26,555 bases of DNA from an uncultured Eubacteriales bacterium (GTDB taxonomy: Bacteria > Bacillota > Clostridia > Christensenellales > Pumilibacteraceae): the NCBI GenBank assembly GCA_900553005.1, contig USBU01000001.1:1-26555 (forward strand), written 5' to 3'. The notes beneath the pieces were generated by a model that did not search any database, had not been told where the DNA came from, and saw only the letters and a list, made by a program, of their open reading frames with translations. Both the position numbers and the translations under genes were made by a program. Position 1 is the stretch's first letter. Each line of letters begins with the position of its first letter. Shown in pieces: positions 1 through 10,000 of this stretch.

Positions 1-18
1 ATTTAAGGAGTAAAAAGA

Positions 19-1950
19 ATGAAAAAGAAGATTTTGAGCATTTTGTTGGTTTTAATGCTCGCAATCGTCCCCTTTGCCGCAGTCGGCTGTAAAGACGATG
101 ATTCCGAGGGCGGCACCATTCGCTTCTGGGGATACGGCGACGCAACCGCAAAAGAAGCTTATCAGGCAATGGTAGACGCTTACAACGCAGGTCAGGGTAA
201 AACCGACGGCGTGGAAGTTAAATTCTCTTCCAAGCCGGAATCCGGTTATATTTCCCTTATCGAGCAGTCCGCAACTTCTAAGACCGGCCCGGACGTATAT
301 TTTGCCTGGGACCGTCTTTTCAAGAAATGGACGGCTGCCGATATGACCGTTAATCTTACCGATTACGTAAAGGCGGACGAGGAGGCAGGTTTAATCGACC
401 TTGACGGCATCTGGGATAGCACTGTCAGCCGCTTCAGATACGACAAGGAGCTGAACATGTCCGGTGAGAACGAGGACATTTACGGCTTGCCTATCGATAC
501 GTCTCCTACCGCGCTTTATTATAATAAGTCGGCCATGGCCGATCGCGGCATAACCGTTATTTCCGTTGCGGCGGAGGATATGGAAGCGTGGAATAAAAAC
601 GAGATTGCCGACAATTACGGCAAAAAGAAGTCCGATTTCCCCGCGCTTGCCAATATTACGGTTCCCGCTAAAGGATTTTTCCGCGACGACGCTTATACGC
701 GTAAGACCGAGCAGGGCGGCACCAACTGGACCGAGCCTGCAAGCGGAGTTGCCCTTGTGTTCAACGACCAGATCGCTATGAACTGGGATGAAATCGAGGA
801 TCTCGGCTTCCTTATGACTAAAAAGAAAAACAACGCTTCGGTTACCACCGATTACGGTTACTACACCGAGTGGTGGTTCAATTACGGCTGGTCCGTCGGC
901 GGCGACTGCGTAGTAGACCTTTCCGGAAACGGAAGCTGGGCTTATTCGCACGGCGACTGGTCCGCCAACTATATCGTCAATGAGGGCAAGACTTATACCG
1001 GAGCTATTACCGGCAAGGTTTATCAGGCAGGCGAGACTCTTGAATTCCTCGATAAAATCGATTGCCAGGAAGGCGACGTCATAGAGCCCGACGAGAAGGG
1101 CGGCTATAAGAAAAACGGCGTCAATATGGGCAGCGCCAACGACGGTATAACCAACGAGTCGATTACCCGTCCCGAGGTTAAAGCGGCTGCCGCCGACGGC
1201 ACGCTCTCTATCATGCCTTCTATAAGAGAAGCGTTTACCCGTTTCTGCCGTCTTGCCGGACAGAGCGGAAGCGACCTTAATATCTGTCCTTATCCTTCCG
1301 CATTCTCCACGACCTCTTCGATTCAGTATTTTACCTCCGAAAAGGTTGCTATGATTGTGGAACGCGGCTATCAGATACCTGTAGTTGAGGAATATGTAGG
1401 CAACGAGTTTGAATGGGCTGTTGCTCCGCTTCCCGTATTCAAGGAGTATAAGGCTCCGTCCGATGAGCTTGTTAGTCAGTACGGCGATAAAGCCGACGCT
1501 TACAATACCGAAGTGGCAAGAAAGGGCAAAATTGCCGGTCACTCCGAATCCACTGCGCTTGTTATCCGTGAAAGATCTACCAAAAAGGATGCTTCCTGGA
1601 AGTTTATCCGCTGGATGGTAGGCGAGGAAGCGCAGGCTATCAAGGCCAGCTACGGCTTTATTCCCAATCAGAAGAGCAAAGTCGACGTCTTCTACAATAA
1701 GCTTGACGCCGACGGAACCAAGAATCTTGCCGCATTTGTCGAGGCTGCCGAATACGAGACTCCGGGCGACTGGTGGTACATGGTAAACCGCGACTGGATC
1801 GACGTTTGGGCTTCTCCGCTTAATTCTCAGGTTCGTAACGGTAATCTTACTCTTGAGGAATACTTCAACACTTATATTACGGCAGGAAACAACGAGGTCA
1901 GATCCTACGGTAACTGGGATAACGGACTTAATAAAGTAACCAAAGGCTAA
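19..1950 (+). CDS. Sugar ABC transporter extracellular solute-binding lipoprotein (CUT1 type, unusually long at 643 aa)
   Basis: SD AAGGAG at 5-10. Signal peptide with lipobox AVGC. Sugar SBP motifs: TIRFWGYG, GPDVYF, IYGLP..TSPTALYYNK, F.SEKVAM, WAVAPLP, ASWKFIRWM. Followed by two CUT1 permeases. Confidence 0.92.
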   Translation: MKKKILSILLVLMLAIVPFAAVGCKDDDSEGGTIRFWGYGDATAKEAYQAMVDAYNAGQGKTDGVEVKFSSKPESGYISLIEQSATSKTGPDVYFAWDRLFKKWTAADMTVNLTDYVKADEEAGLIDLDGIWDSTVSRFRYDKELNMSGENEDIYGLPIDTSPTALYYNKSAMADRGITVISVAAEDMEAWNKNEIADNYGKKKSDFPALANITVPAKGFFRDDAYTRKTEQGGTNWTEPASGVALVFNDQIAMNWDEIEDLGFLMTKKKNNASVTTDYGYYTEWWFNYGWSVGGDCVVDLSGNGSWAYSHGDWSANYIVNEGKTYTGAITGKVYQAGETLEFLDKIDCQEGDVIEPDEKGGYKKNGVNMGSANDGITNESITRPEVKAAAADGTLSIMPSIREAFTRFCRLAGQSGSDLNICPYPSAFSTTSSIQYFTSEKVAMIVERGYQIPVVEEYVGNEFEWAVAPLPVFKEYKAPSDELVSQYGDKADAYNTEVARKGKIAGHSESTALVIRERSTKKDASWKFIRWMVGEEAQAIKASYGFIPNQKSKVDVFYNKLDADGTKNLAAFVEAAEYETPGDWWYMVNRDWIDVWASPLNSQVRNGNLTLEEYFNTYITAGNNEVRSYGNWDNGLNKVTKG

Positions 1951-1969
1951 AAGCTTAAGATGACCTGTA

Positions 1970-2011
1970 TGCAGACTGCGCAAGGTTAAAAGGACCTATG
2001 TGCAGTCTGCA
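1970..2011 (+). other. Intercistronic stem-loop between SBP and permease genes
   Basis: TGCAGACTGCGCA (1970-1982) pairs with TGTGCAGTCTGCA (1999-2011), 13 bp with one G-U, extended by AGGT/ACCT. No U-tract follows. Confidence 0.75.
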
Positions 2012-2031
2012 CTCGCTGTAAAGGAGATAAG

Positions 2032-3060
2032 ATGGAAGAAATTATAGCTTCAAACGAGTATGCCGAAGCTTCTGTCGAACAACCCGATATTTTCGCCGAA
2101 ACCAAGCTTTTCAAGCAGGACGTTGCTACGGCTGCAAAGAAAAGAAAGAGAATGAAGCGTAACGTAGTCGGTTGGTTGTTTTCGCTTTGGCCGTTTATAG
2201 GATATTGCATTTTCGGCATGATTCCTTTCATACTCTCTATTATTTTGAGTATGGCCGAATTGCATAATTTCGATATTTCGGAATTTGAGTTTATCGGATT
2301 TGACAATTATAAATGGATTTTTACGGATGAAAAGGGCGAATTTTGGTTTTCGATGCGTCAGACCTTGTATTATTGCCTGAGTCTGCCTATCGGCATTGTG
2401 CTGGGACTAGGCACCGCGGTGCTGCTTACCCGTCACGTCAAGCTGACCAAATTGTTCCGTACTATTCTTTTTATTCCTAATGTGTGCTCGGTCGTCGGCG
2501 TATCCATGATGTGGAAGCTTGTCTTCCATCGTCAGTACGGCGTTGTCAACGCTTTGCTCGCCGCTTTCGGAAAGGAGACGCCCATCGACTTTTTGGGCGA
2601 TCCGAATTGGTTTATGCCCGTAGTCATATTTACGACTACATGGGGCGCCGGAGCGGGCAGTATTTTGTTCCAGGCGGCGCTGGAGCAGGTTAACCGTTCA
2701 TTGATCGAGGCAGCCGAAATAGACGGCGCCAGCAAGAACAGGATATTCTTCAGAATCACAATGCCGGCAATTTCGCCCACGACCTTCTACGTTGTTACCA
2801 TGAATACGATCGGCGCATTGCAGGCAATGGCCAATATCCAGATTCTTGCCAGCGATGGCAGAAATCCGTTGGATCCGAAAACCGGCAACAGTATTCCGCT
2901 GACAGCAGTTTACTTTATATATTGGATGGCCTTCAACGATCCTATGAGGTACGGCTTGGGCAAAGCTTCGGCCGCGGCCTGGATACTTGCGATTATTATC
3001 GTTATAATTACCAGAATCAACTTTAAGTTAGGCGATTACTGGGTCTGCTACGATAATTAA
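2032..3060 (+). CDS. Carbohydrate ABC transporter permease (MalF/UgpA-like)
   Basis: SD AAGGAG. Six hydrophobic segments, FIGFDNY and FRTILFIP motifs, and the EAA loop LIEAAEIDGAS...FFRITMPAISPT. Confidence 0.95.
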   Translation: MEEIIASNEYAEASVEQPDIFAETKLFKQDVATAAKKRKRMKRNVVGWLFSLWPFIGYCIFGMIPFILSIILSMAELHNFDISEFEFIGFDNYKWIFTDEKGEFWFSMRQTLYYCLSLPIGIVLGLGTAVLLTRHVKLTKLFRTILFIPNVCSVVGVSMMWKLVFHRQYGVVNALLAAFGKETPIDFLGDPNWFMPVVIFTTTWGAGAGSILFQAALEQVNRSLIEAAEIDGASKNRIFFRITMPAISPTTFYVVTMNTIGALQAMANIQILASDGRNPLDPKTGNSIPLTAVYFIYWMAFNDPMRYGLGKASAAAWILAIIIVIITRINFKLGDYWVCYDN

Positions 3061-3072
3061 GGGAGGCTTGAC

Positions 3073-3951
3073 ATGGAAGAAAACAAAATTTATAATTCCC
3101 AAAATTTCGTACCCAACAAGAAAAAAATGGAAAGGCCTCCGGTCGGCACCTATGTGCTGCTCATATTATACAGCCTTTACATTTTGGTTCCGTTTTACAT
3201 CATTTTCATTTCGTCGCTGAAGTCTATTCAGGAGGCCGCGTTTGCGGAATTTACCTGGTGGCCTACGCGCGGCATTACCTGGGGCGCTTTTACGCGCGTA
3301 TTCGAGTCTAACGAAATTCAGCGCGGCTTTATCAACACATTGCTGTTCTATACGCCCACTACGCTTATAGGCGTGTTTGTTTCCGCGCTTGCGTCCTACG
3401 GCTTTGCAAAAATGGAATGGGCGGGCAGAAACGCGATTTTCTCGTTCTTGCTGCTTACCATGATGATCCCCGGTACCGTTACCATGACGGCTACGCGTCT
3501 TATGTACGACACTATCGGCTGGATAGGCACCCCCTTGCCGGTCATGATCCCCGGTATGTTCGGCGGTATAGGCACGGTATTCTTCTTGCGTCAGTATATG
3601 AAGGGTATTCCGGACGACCTTATCGGCGCGGCAAAAATAGACGGAATGTCTGAAATAAAGATTTTCCTTATACTCATTGTGCCGCTTTCCGTTCCCGCGA
3701 TTCTTACTCAGGGCGTTCTCGGATTCATTGGACATTACAACGATTATATGGGAGCGTTGCTTTATCTTATCGACGAGCCTCTTTATACGTTGCAGATCGC
3801 CATTAAAAACATGGTTGATACCTACCGCACCGATTTACCGGCTCAGATGGCCGCGTGCTTCCTGGGTATGATGCCCATGCTTCTCATCTATCTGTTCCTG
3901 CAGAACTATATTCTTAAAGGCATTTCGATGAGCAGCGGTCTCAAGGGTTAA
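3073..3951 (+). CDS. Carbohydrate ABC transporter permease (MalG/UgpE-like)
   Basis: SD GGAGG. Motifs ASYGFAK, TMMIPG, FFLRQYMKGIPDDLIGAAKIDG (EAA loop) and C-terminal GLKG. Confidence 0.95.
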   Translation: MEENKIYNSQNFVPNKKKMERPPVGTYVLLILYSLYILVPFYIIFISSLKSIQEAAFAEFTWWPTRGITWGAFTRVFESNEIQRGFINTLLFYTPTTLIGVFVSALASYGFAKMEWAGRNAIFSFLLLTMMIPGTVTMTATRLMYDTIGWIGTPLPVMIPGMFGGIGTVFFLRQYMKGIPDDLIGAAKIDGMSEIKIFLILIVPLSVPAILTQGVLGFIGHYNDYMGALLYLIDEPLYTLQIAIKNMVDTYRTDLPAQMAACFLGMMPMLLIYLFLQNYILKGISMSSGLKG

Positions 3952-3962
3952 TGTGATCAGAG

Positions 3963-4018
3963 TATATTATGCCCCCTCGTCTTATATCGAGGCGGGGGAG
4001 CATAATATATTTTATTTT
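3963..4018 (+). terminator. Rho-independent terminator of the ABC operon
   Basis: About 21-bp hairpin TATATTATGCCCCCTCGTCTT / GAGGCGGGGGAGCATAATATA followed by TTTTATTTT, 11 nt after the permease stop. Confidence 0.85.
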
Positions 4019-4133
4019 CAGTATTATATACTAAATTTAATATACTGAAAGACAAAAAACGGCAAAACTTTGCGTAAAATTTCTTCTTTTCCGTTATAAG
4101 TATATATTTGAAACAAAAATGTATATTTTTGAG

Positions 4134-4161
4134 TTGCGGGGGGGGGAGTATGTGGTATTAT
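4134..4161 (+). promoter_or_regulatory. Putative sigma-A promoter with a G9 tract in the spacer
   Basis: TTGCGG (4134-4139), 16-nt spacer containing most of the G9 (4138-4146), TG extension and TATTAT (4156-4161). AT-rich sequence upstream. Confidence 0.6.
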
Positions 4162-4301
4162 TTATTAAATCATAGACTGTAACTGCAGATATGATTTCGG
4201 CAAAAGAGTTTTGATCATGTTATCGGCATAGCCGTTTACGGCGCCAAAGTTCTATTGAATCGTCTATCGTAAAATCAAATATCATGGAAAAGTGATGAAA
4301 C

Positions 4302-4341
4302 GGCAGACGTGTAAATTATTTTGCGTTTGCCTTTTGTTTTT
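4302..4341 (+). terminator. Putative intrinsic terminator or attenuator in the intergenic region
   Basis: Stem GGCAGACGT / GCGTTTGCC followed by TTTTGTTTTT. Confidence 0.55.
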
Positions 4342-4897
4342 CATCTTGCGAGCAGGCTTTTGGAAAGACGTTATTGAATTTATCATCCGGCATTATGCGC
4401 TTGTACGAACGGCTTTTTTGCAGGTTAATTGCATTGTTTGAAAACCGGCGTCCACTTTCCTTCAACATCCGGTGAATCGGTAATCGTAAAATAGACTCGA
4501 TATAAGTTCTTACGACCGCGGAGTCGGTTTTGCTTATAGACAGCTTGCCGGCGGTGCGGAGGACTGACGACTTGAAAATTTAATAAGTAGGTAAACGGAA
4601 AATTTTACGGCCGGGCAGATTGACGATAAATAATATTATCCTGCGCTATAGGCAGTTTGTAGGAAATGTTATTCGGCAACGACAGGCGGGCTGACAGATT
4701 GCGGATTTCTTATAGGCCGGCGGCTTTTGCGGCTAATTTGAAGTTTACACGGAATCGACTGGAAAAATGCTGATGCACGGTAAATAAAAGTCTGAAAAAG
4801 TACAGTCGTAAACAGTATATTATTTTACCCTTTCTGCGTCGTATAGGGAGGACGACTCGGACGGGTAAAACCATATAAATTTAAAAGGAGTATGATT

Positions 4898-7045
4898 ATG
4901 AAAAAAATTGTAAAGGTCATAGCGCTTGCGTTTATGATGATTACGCTCATTGTGCCGGCGACGGCGTGTAGCGGAGACGATGTGCTGAACGCTGCGGGCT
5001 TCGCTCTTCCGCACTATAACGGTATGAGCGACGACGGCATCTATGACGCAAGCAAGTTCTACCTGAACGAGCTTCGCACCGAAGGCGCGGATCCGGGCGC
5101 TATTTACACTTCGCCCGAGGATATTGCTGATTCTTACGATAAGGTAAAGGCTACTGCGCTTGCCAAAAATCCGCAGATGACTGAAGCCGAATGGGAAGCT
5201 GAAAACGGTACCAAGCAGGAGTGGATTGACGAATACGGCAACGCTTTTTACATGATTGTAACAAGCTCTACCAATCAGATTTCCGGCGACGTAAGAAGCA
5301 AGTACGGTTCGGTGCAGGGCGCGTACAGGCTTTATAAGTCCTATAATCTTACCGATTGGGACGTTGCGGGACGAATCGACGGTTACGCCATAAACGTCAG
5401 AAGCGACGCTTGGACGCAGGGTACTTACTGGGCGCCGGAGTTTATCCGCGATCCGAAGTCAGGCAGATATTTTATATTTGCAAGCGCTGCGTCTAAAAAC
5501 GGCAACGCCGATACCGAATACTTCCCGAGCACCGGAACATATTATAATATGATATACGGATTTATTGCGATGGCGGATAATCCGATAGGTCCTTACGAGA
5601 TAGTTTCAAACGATGAATACTATTCTACTATAGCCTCTTACGACGATAACGGCGAGATGGTCGTAAACGATAATAACGAGGTTATCGGGCTTGACGGCAG
5701 CGTAATTACGACCGTTGACGACGAGGGTAATATTCTCAATAAAAACGGTCATATCGTTACGCACAATACCCCTCCCATGAATTTCGGCCGTTACGTTGAT
5801 CAGATCAGAGAGCGTTATCCGGTGTATATGCCCGGCGGAAAGGCGCATAGTACCGGTATGTGGCCGGCAATTGACTTTAACCCCGTTATCATGGATAACG
5901 GCGACATGTACGTTTATTTCTCCCAGCATATAAGCGACCTCAGTACGGGCAACCACATATGGGGCGTTAAAATGAAGGATATGATTACTCCCGATTTTTC
6001 CACGCTTACCCATCTTGCGTCACCGAATTACGTAACCGTCACAAAGAAAGATCCCAATGTTTCGGGAGATATAGATAATTTCGTTCTTGGTGAAAGAACA
6101 TCTTGGAGCGAGGGCGGAATCAATGAGGGCACCGAGGTAATTCAGCACGGCGACAAATATTATCTTACATATTCGCCGCTCGGATACGGCAGCCGCAATT
6201 ACGCGGTAACTCAGGCTGTTGGCGACAGTCCTTTGGGCCCCTTTACCAAGCTGGATCAGAAATATAATCCCGTAGTCGGCATAAACGCCACAAACGATTA
6301 TATGGCGGGAACAGGTCACCATTGCTTTATCAAGGCGGGCGACGAGCTGTTTGTGTTGTATCACGCGTTTTATAATCCTATCGAAAACAGTCCTAACGGA
6401 GGCTTCCTCGGCCGTGCGGTCGGCGCCGACAGAGTTCAGTTTATGTATAACGAAGAGCTCGGTTACGATATACTTTACGGAAACGGTCCGACGTATTCTC
6501 TCCAGCCGCTTCCCGACGTTGCCAGCGGCATGACCAACGTTGCCAAAAAAGCAAAAATCACTGTTGACGGCAACGCCGATACCGTCAAATATCTCAACGA
6601 CGGATTGTTTACGGTACAGGATTTCACGCTGCCGTGGGAATACGTAGCTCCCAATACCGAAAATAAGGGCACCGTTATTACGCTTACCTGGGATGAACCC
6701 GTGGAAATAGCCTCATTTATAATTTATAACTCTCAAAGTTATTTCTACGCGTTCGATAAATTGGATATGGTAAGATTCAAGCTGGCCGAAAAACCTGCTT
6801 GGTACACTCCCGACGAGTATAACGGCTACTGCTACATTCAGGATTTGATGTGCAATCCCGAGCATGTCGATGAAAATGACTTCTTTATGAGACAGGGCGG
6901 AGGCGCGCTGGCGTCCTTCGATAATATCAAGGTAACGGAAATGAAGATACAGATCTCGTCCAAATATACCAATTATACCGAGGACTTAGATACCGAGGAG
7001 AATTACGAGATTCACGTTTCCGAGATTTTCGTCATGGGCAAATAG
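4898..7045 (+). CDS. Glycoside hydrolase family 43 lipoprotein with C-terminal discoidin/CBM32-like domain
   Basis: SD AAGGAG (4885-4890) favours ATG 4898; ATG 4892 is the alternative. Lipobox ATAC. GH43 five-blade propeller motifs: GADP (base), WAPE, AIDFNP (pKa modulator), INEG (acid), SPLGPF, GTGHH. C-terminal NVAKKA..YLNDG..ITLTWDEPVEI..SEIFVMG resembles F5/8 type C. Confidence 0.88.
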   Translation: MKKIVKVIALAFMMITLIVPATACSGDDVLNAAGFALPHYNGMSDDGIYDASKFYLNELRTEGADPGAIYTSPEDIADSYDKVKATALAKNPQMTEAEWEAENGTKQEWIDEYGNAFYMIVTSSTNQISGDVRSKYGSVQGAYRLYKSYNLTDWDVAGRIDGYAINVRSDAWTQGTYWAPEFIRDPKSGRYFIFASAASKNGNADTEYFPSTGTYYNMIYGFIAMADNPIGPYEIVSNDEYYSTIASYDDNGEMVVNDNNEVIGLDGSVITTVDDEGNILNKNGHIVTHNTPPMNFGRYVDQIRERYPVYMPGGKAHSTGMWPAIDFNPVIMDNGDMYVYFSQHISDLSTGNHIWGVKMKDMITPDFSTLTHLASPNYVTVTKKDPNVSGDIDNFVLGERTSWSEGGINEGTEVIQHGDKYYLTYSPLGYGSRNYAVTQAVGDSPLGPFTKLDQKYNPVVGINATNDYMAGTGHHCFIKAGDELFVLYHAFYNPIENSPNGGFLGRAVGADRVQFMYNEELGYDILYGNGPTYSLQPLPDVASGMTNVAKKAKITVDGNADTVKYLNDGLFTVQDFTLPWEYVAPNTENKGTVITLTWDEPVEIASFIIYNSQSYFYAFDKLDMVRFKLAEKPAWYTPDEYNGYCYIQDLMCNPEHVDENDFFMRQGGGALASFDNIKVTEMKIQISSKYTNYTEDLDTEENYEIHVSEIFVMGK

Positions 7046-7063
7046 ACGGAGGTGCAATTTATT

Positions 7064-10000
7064 ATGAAAGCAAAATTTAAGATTTTAATAATTGCTCTGC
7101 TTGCCGTGGCCTTGTCGGTTATGGTATTGGCGGCTTGTGCCAATTCAGGCAACAAGATTAAGGAAGAAGTAATCGAGGGAGATCTTCCCGATTACGATTA
7201 TAATAAGGAGGCGGCTTTCGGAGAGGCGCCCGATGAAAACATCCGTATCGACGGCAGACTGGACGAGGCGCTGTGGCAGAATTTGTCCTATATGAGCCAT
7301 ACCGATCCCCAGCATACGACGGTTACGGTCAACGTCACGACGCATTTTTCTCCCAAGGGCCTGTATATAGGCGCATATTCGTCGGACAGCAAGGTTTTTT
7401 GGAACGGTAAAAACTATTATCACTGGAATACTCATTTCGTATTCAGAATTGCGTCCGCGGGCACAACCGAGTATTCGGCAAGCGTGAGAAATATTCTTAT
7501 AGACGCCAACAATGTTTTCCCCGGCGCTACGCGCGTAAACGCTAAAAGCAAGGTTTTGGGCGACGAAGTAAACAGCGGTACGTCTGACGGGCTTTCGGTG
7601 GAAATGTTTATTACGTGGGACGCGTTGGGCATAGAGGTGCAGCAGGATGAAAACGGCGTTAATATTCCGCCCGAAAACGTTAAGCTGTACTGGAGATACC
7701 GTTACGTATCGCGTAACAATGGTACAAATTCGCCTTCCTACGATATCAGAAACACTTTTGATTACAATGCCGATATTCTGGACAACTATACCCTTTTCGG
7801 TCCCAATGGCTATACCGCCGAGGACAGGGATGGGGCTGAGGTAGGCAATTCGGTAAACGGCAATTCCAAGTCGGCCGGATGGGATATCAGCGGAGAGGAA
7901 GAAGGTACGGTTCGTTCGACCAACGGTTATTATCAGGGCATATTCTTCAAAAACGCTTACGCAAATTCTTTCGTTATCACGACTAAGATTAAGCCGATCA
8001 GTCAGCCTCGCGCCAATTACGGATCGAAGGCGGGTCTGCTGCTTTATAAGGACAGCATGAATTACCGCGGTATAGTTTTCGATACCAGCGCGGCCAACAG
8101 AGACGGCAGTAAGATCAGGACGGATAATATTTTTGCGGTCACTCATTATCCTGACAACGCCTATAACCTTATAAGCCTCAACACCGGCAAAAACATTACT
8201 TATCCTTCCGGACAAGAGCTGGTTGAGCTTAAGGTGATTAAAAATAACGATTTACTGTATTATGTGGTAAACGGCAAGCTTGTCGCCACCGAGAAACAGG
8301 ATTATTTGGCAGGTAACGTCGTACCCGGACTTTATTCGACGCATGGCGTTACCGAGTTTACCGATTACAGTTTCGTAAACTTTGACGGCAACGACGCAGC
8401 GCTTAAAGAGGAAATCGCAAAGTACGCTTATACGATCACCGCGCCTTCGGTTACCGCTTATTCCGGCGGCTATGTAACCGCTTCTAAGCTTGCTGTCGGT
8501 AAAAACGATACCGAAGCTACGGTAGAATTTACGTTTACCACGCGCAGCGGTTATATACTTTCCGACGTGACCAAAAACGGAACCAGCATAATGGCTGACA
8601 TTAAGCAGAATGCCGTAGGCAACGTTTATACGCTTACCAATATTACTGAAAACGTGGTTATCGAGGCGGTCTTTACTCAGCTTTCCGCGGATCAAAGCGT
8701 TACGGTCAGCGGCAGACTGCGCGGCAACGACAGAGCGGACGCGGTGCTGGATTACGCCATGATGAATATCACCGCTGAAACTCCTGACGGAGACTCTGTT
8801 TCGGTTTATAATGTTGAATATACCGCCGACGCTAAGGGATTGTTTACGTTAAAGTTAGTTAAAGGCTATAAGTATACTATAGAGGTGCAGGGCTCCGGAT
8901 ACAGAAAGAAAATCGTTGAGACCGAGGTCATCAACGCGGACATTACGGACGACCCCGAAACTGAAGGCTACGAGGGCCTGGAAATTATCGCAAACGCCAA
9001 CGTTGTAGGCGGTTCGGTAAATAAGACTTTTGAGATCGGAGGAAATCCCAACGATAAATTTACGGTAACCGCAGCTTCCAATGTTAACGCTTGGGATTTA
9101 TCCAGAGAGGCTGAATCCATTGCTTCGCTTCATGCAAATACGCCTACCGGAATGATGGTTTATTTTACCGGTAAGGCCGGTACGGAAGCCGTTTTGGAGA
9201 CTACCATAACCAATATTACGGACACCGAGCTTTACGGCGATTACGAGAGGGATCCGTCTGCTGGCTTTATCATTACCGACGGCAAAACGAATACCTTTAT
9301 CGGCTTGCTGAGAAACGGTTTGCGTTTCCTGCCGACCGGCGGCTGGAACGGCGATCAGTTCGACGAACCGAGCCTTGTCTCCTATGCGACCGTAAATGCT
9401 ACCAAGGACGCAAACGGATATCATTCCACCAAGCTTAAGGTAATACGTACCGGTCCGGACTTCTATGTTTATATCGACGACGTGCTGGTATATACTTACA
9501 CCAGTTCAAACTTCCTGCTCACAAGAGGCACGGGAGCCGATATGAAGACATACGATACGCCCACGGCCTTCGGCTTTTGGGTAACCACTTCGTATCCTAT
9601 CACGATTCAGTTCTCCGATTACAGATGCCTGACGGACGATGAGGCGCATCAGGAGATTCTCGATACCATTTACAGCCGGCCCGAATTCGTCGATGACGAC
9701 AGCCAGGGCGTTACCTTAGAGGGACTCAGCGACGGAATGGTAAAGCAGGGCGGCGTCTTTACCGCATCTAAGGACGTAAAAGCCGGCGAGGCTTATTATC
9801 TGACCGTTTATGGCAGCGATGCCGCGTCCTACACTAAATATTTGCTTACCGAGACCAGCAAATCGGTTGAGGTAACCGCTATGGACGAGGGTGTTACCAA
9901 TATCAGGGTCGAAAAAGCAAGCAATCCCGAGATTGTTACGGTAACCGGAAAAATAGTTACTTCCGACAACAAAAAGATCGAAAGCGGCACTGTTTTCAAC

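Noticed and set aside
391..1983. Long antisense ORFs (391-1983, and also 7145-8215, 10094-11359, 18022-19008, 20034-21209, 24979-25899, 26002-26523)
   Set aside because: They are shadow frames of well-supported + strand genes, with no motifs or SD. The 26002-26523 ORF starts inside the adapter.
4190..4260. Possible c-di-GMP-I riboswitch (GGCAAA...CGCCAAAG)
   Set aside because: No GNRA-capped P2 stem or tetraloop-receptor P3 could be built.
3952..4891. CRISPR array, tRNA or IS in the long intergenic region
   Set aside because: No regularly spaced repeats, cloverleaf, terminal inverted repeats or transposase were seen here or elsewhere in the window.
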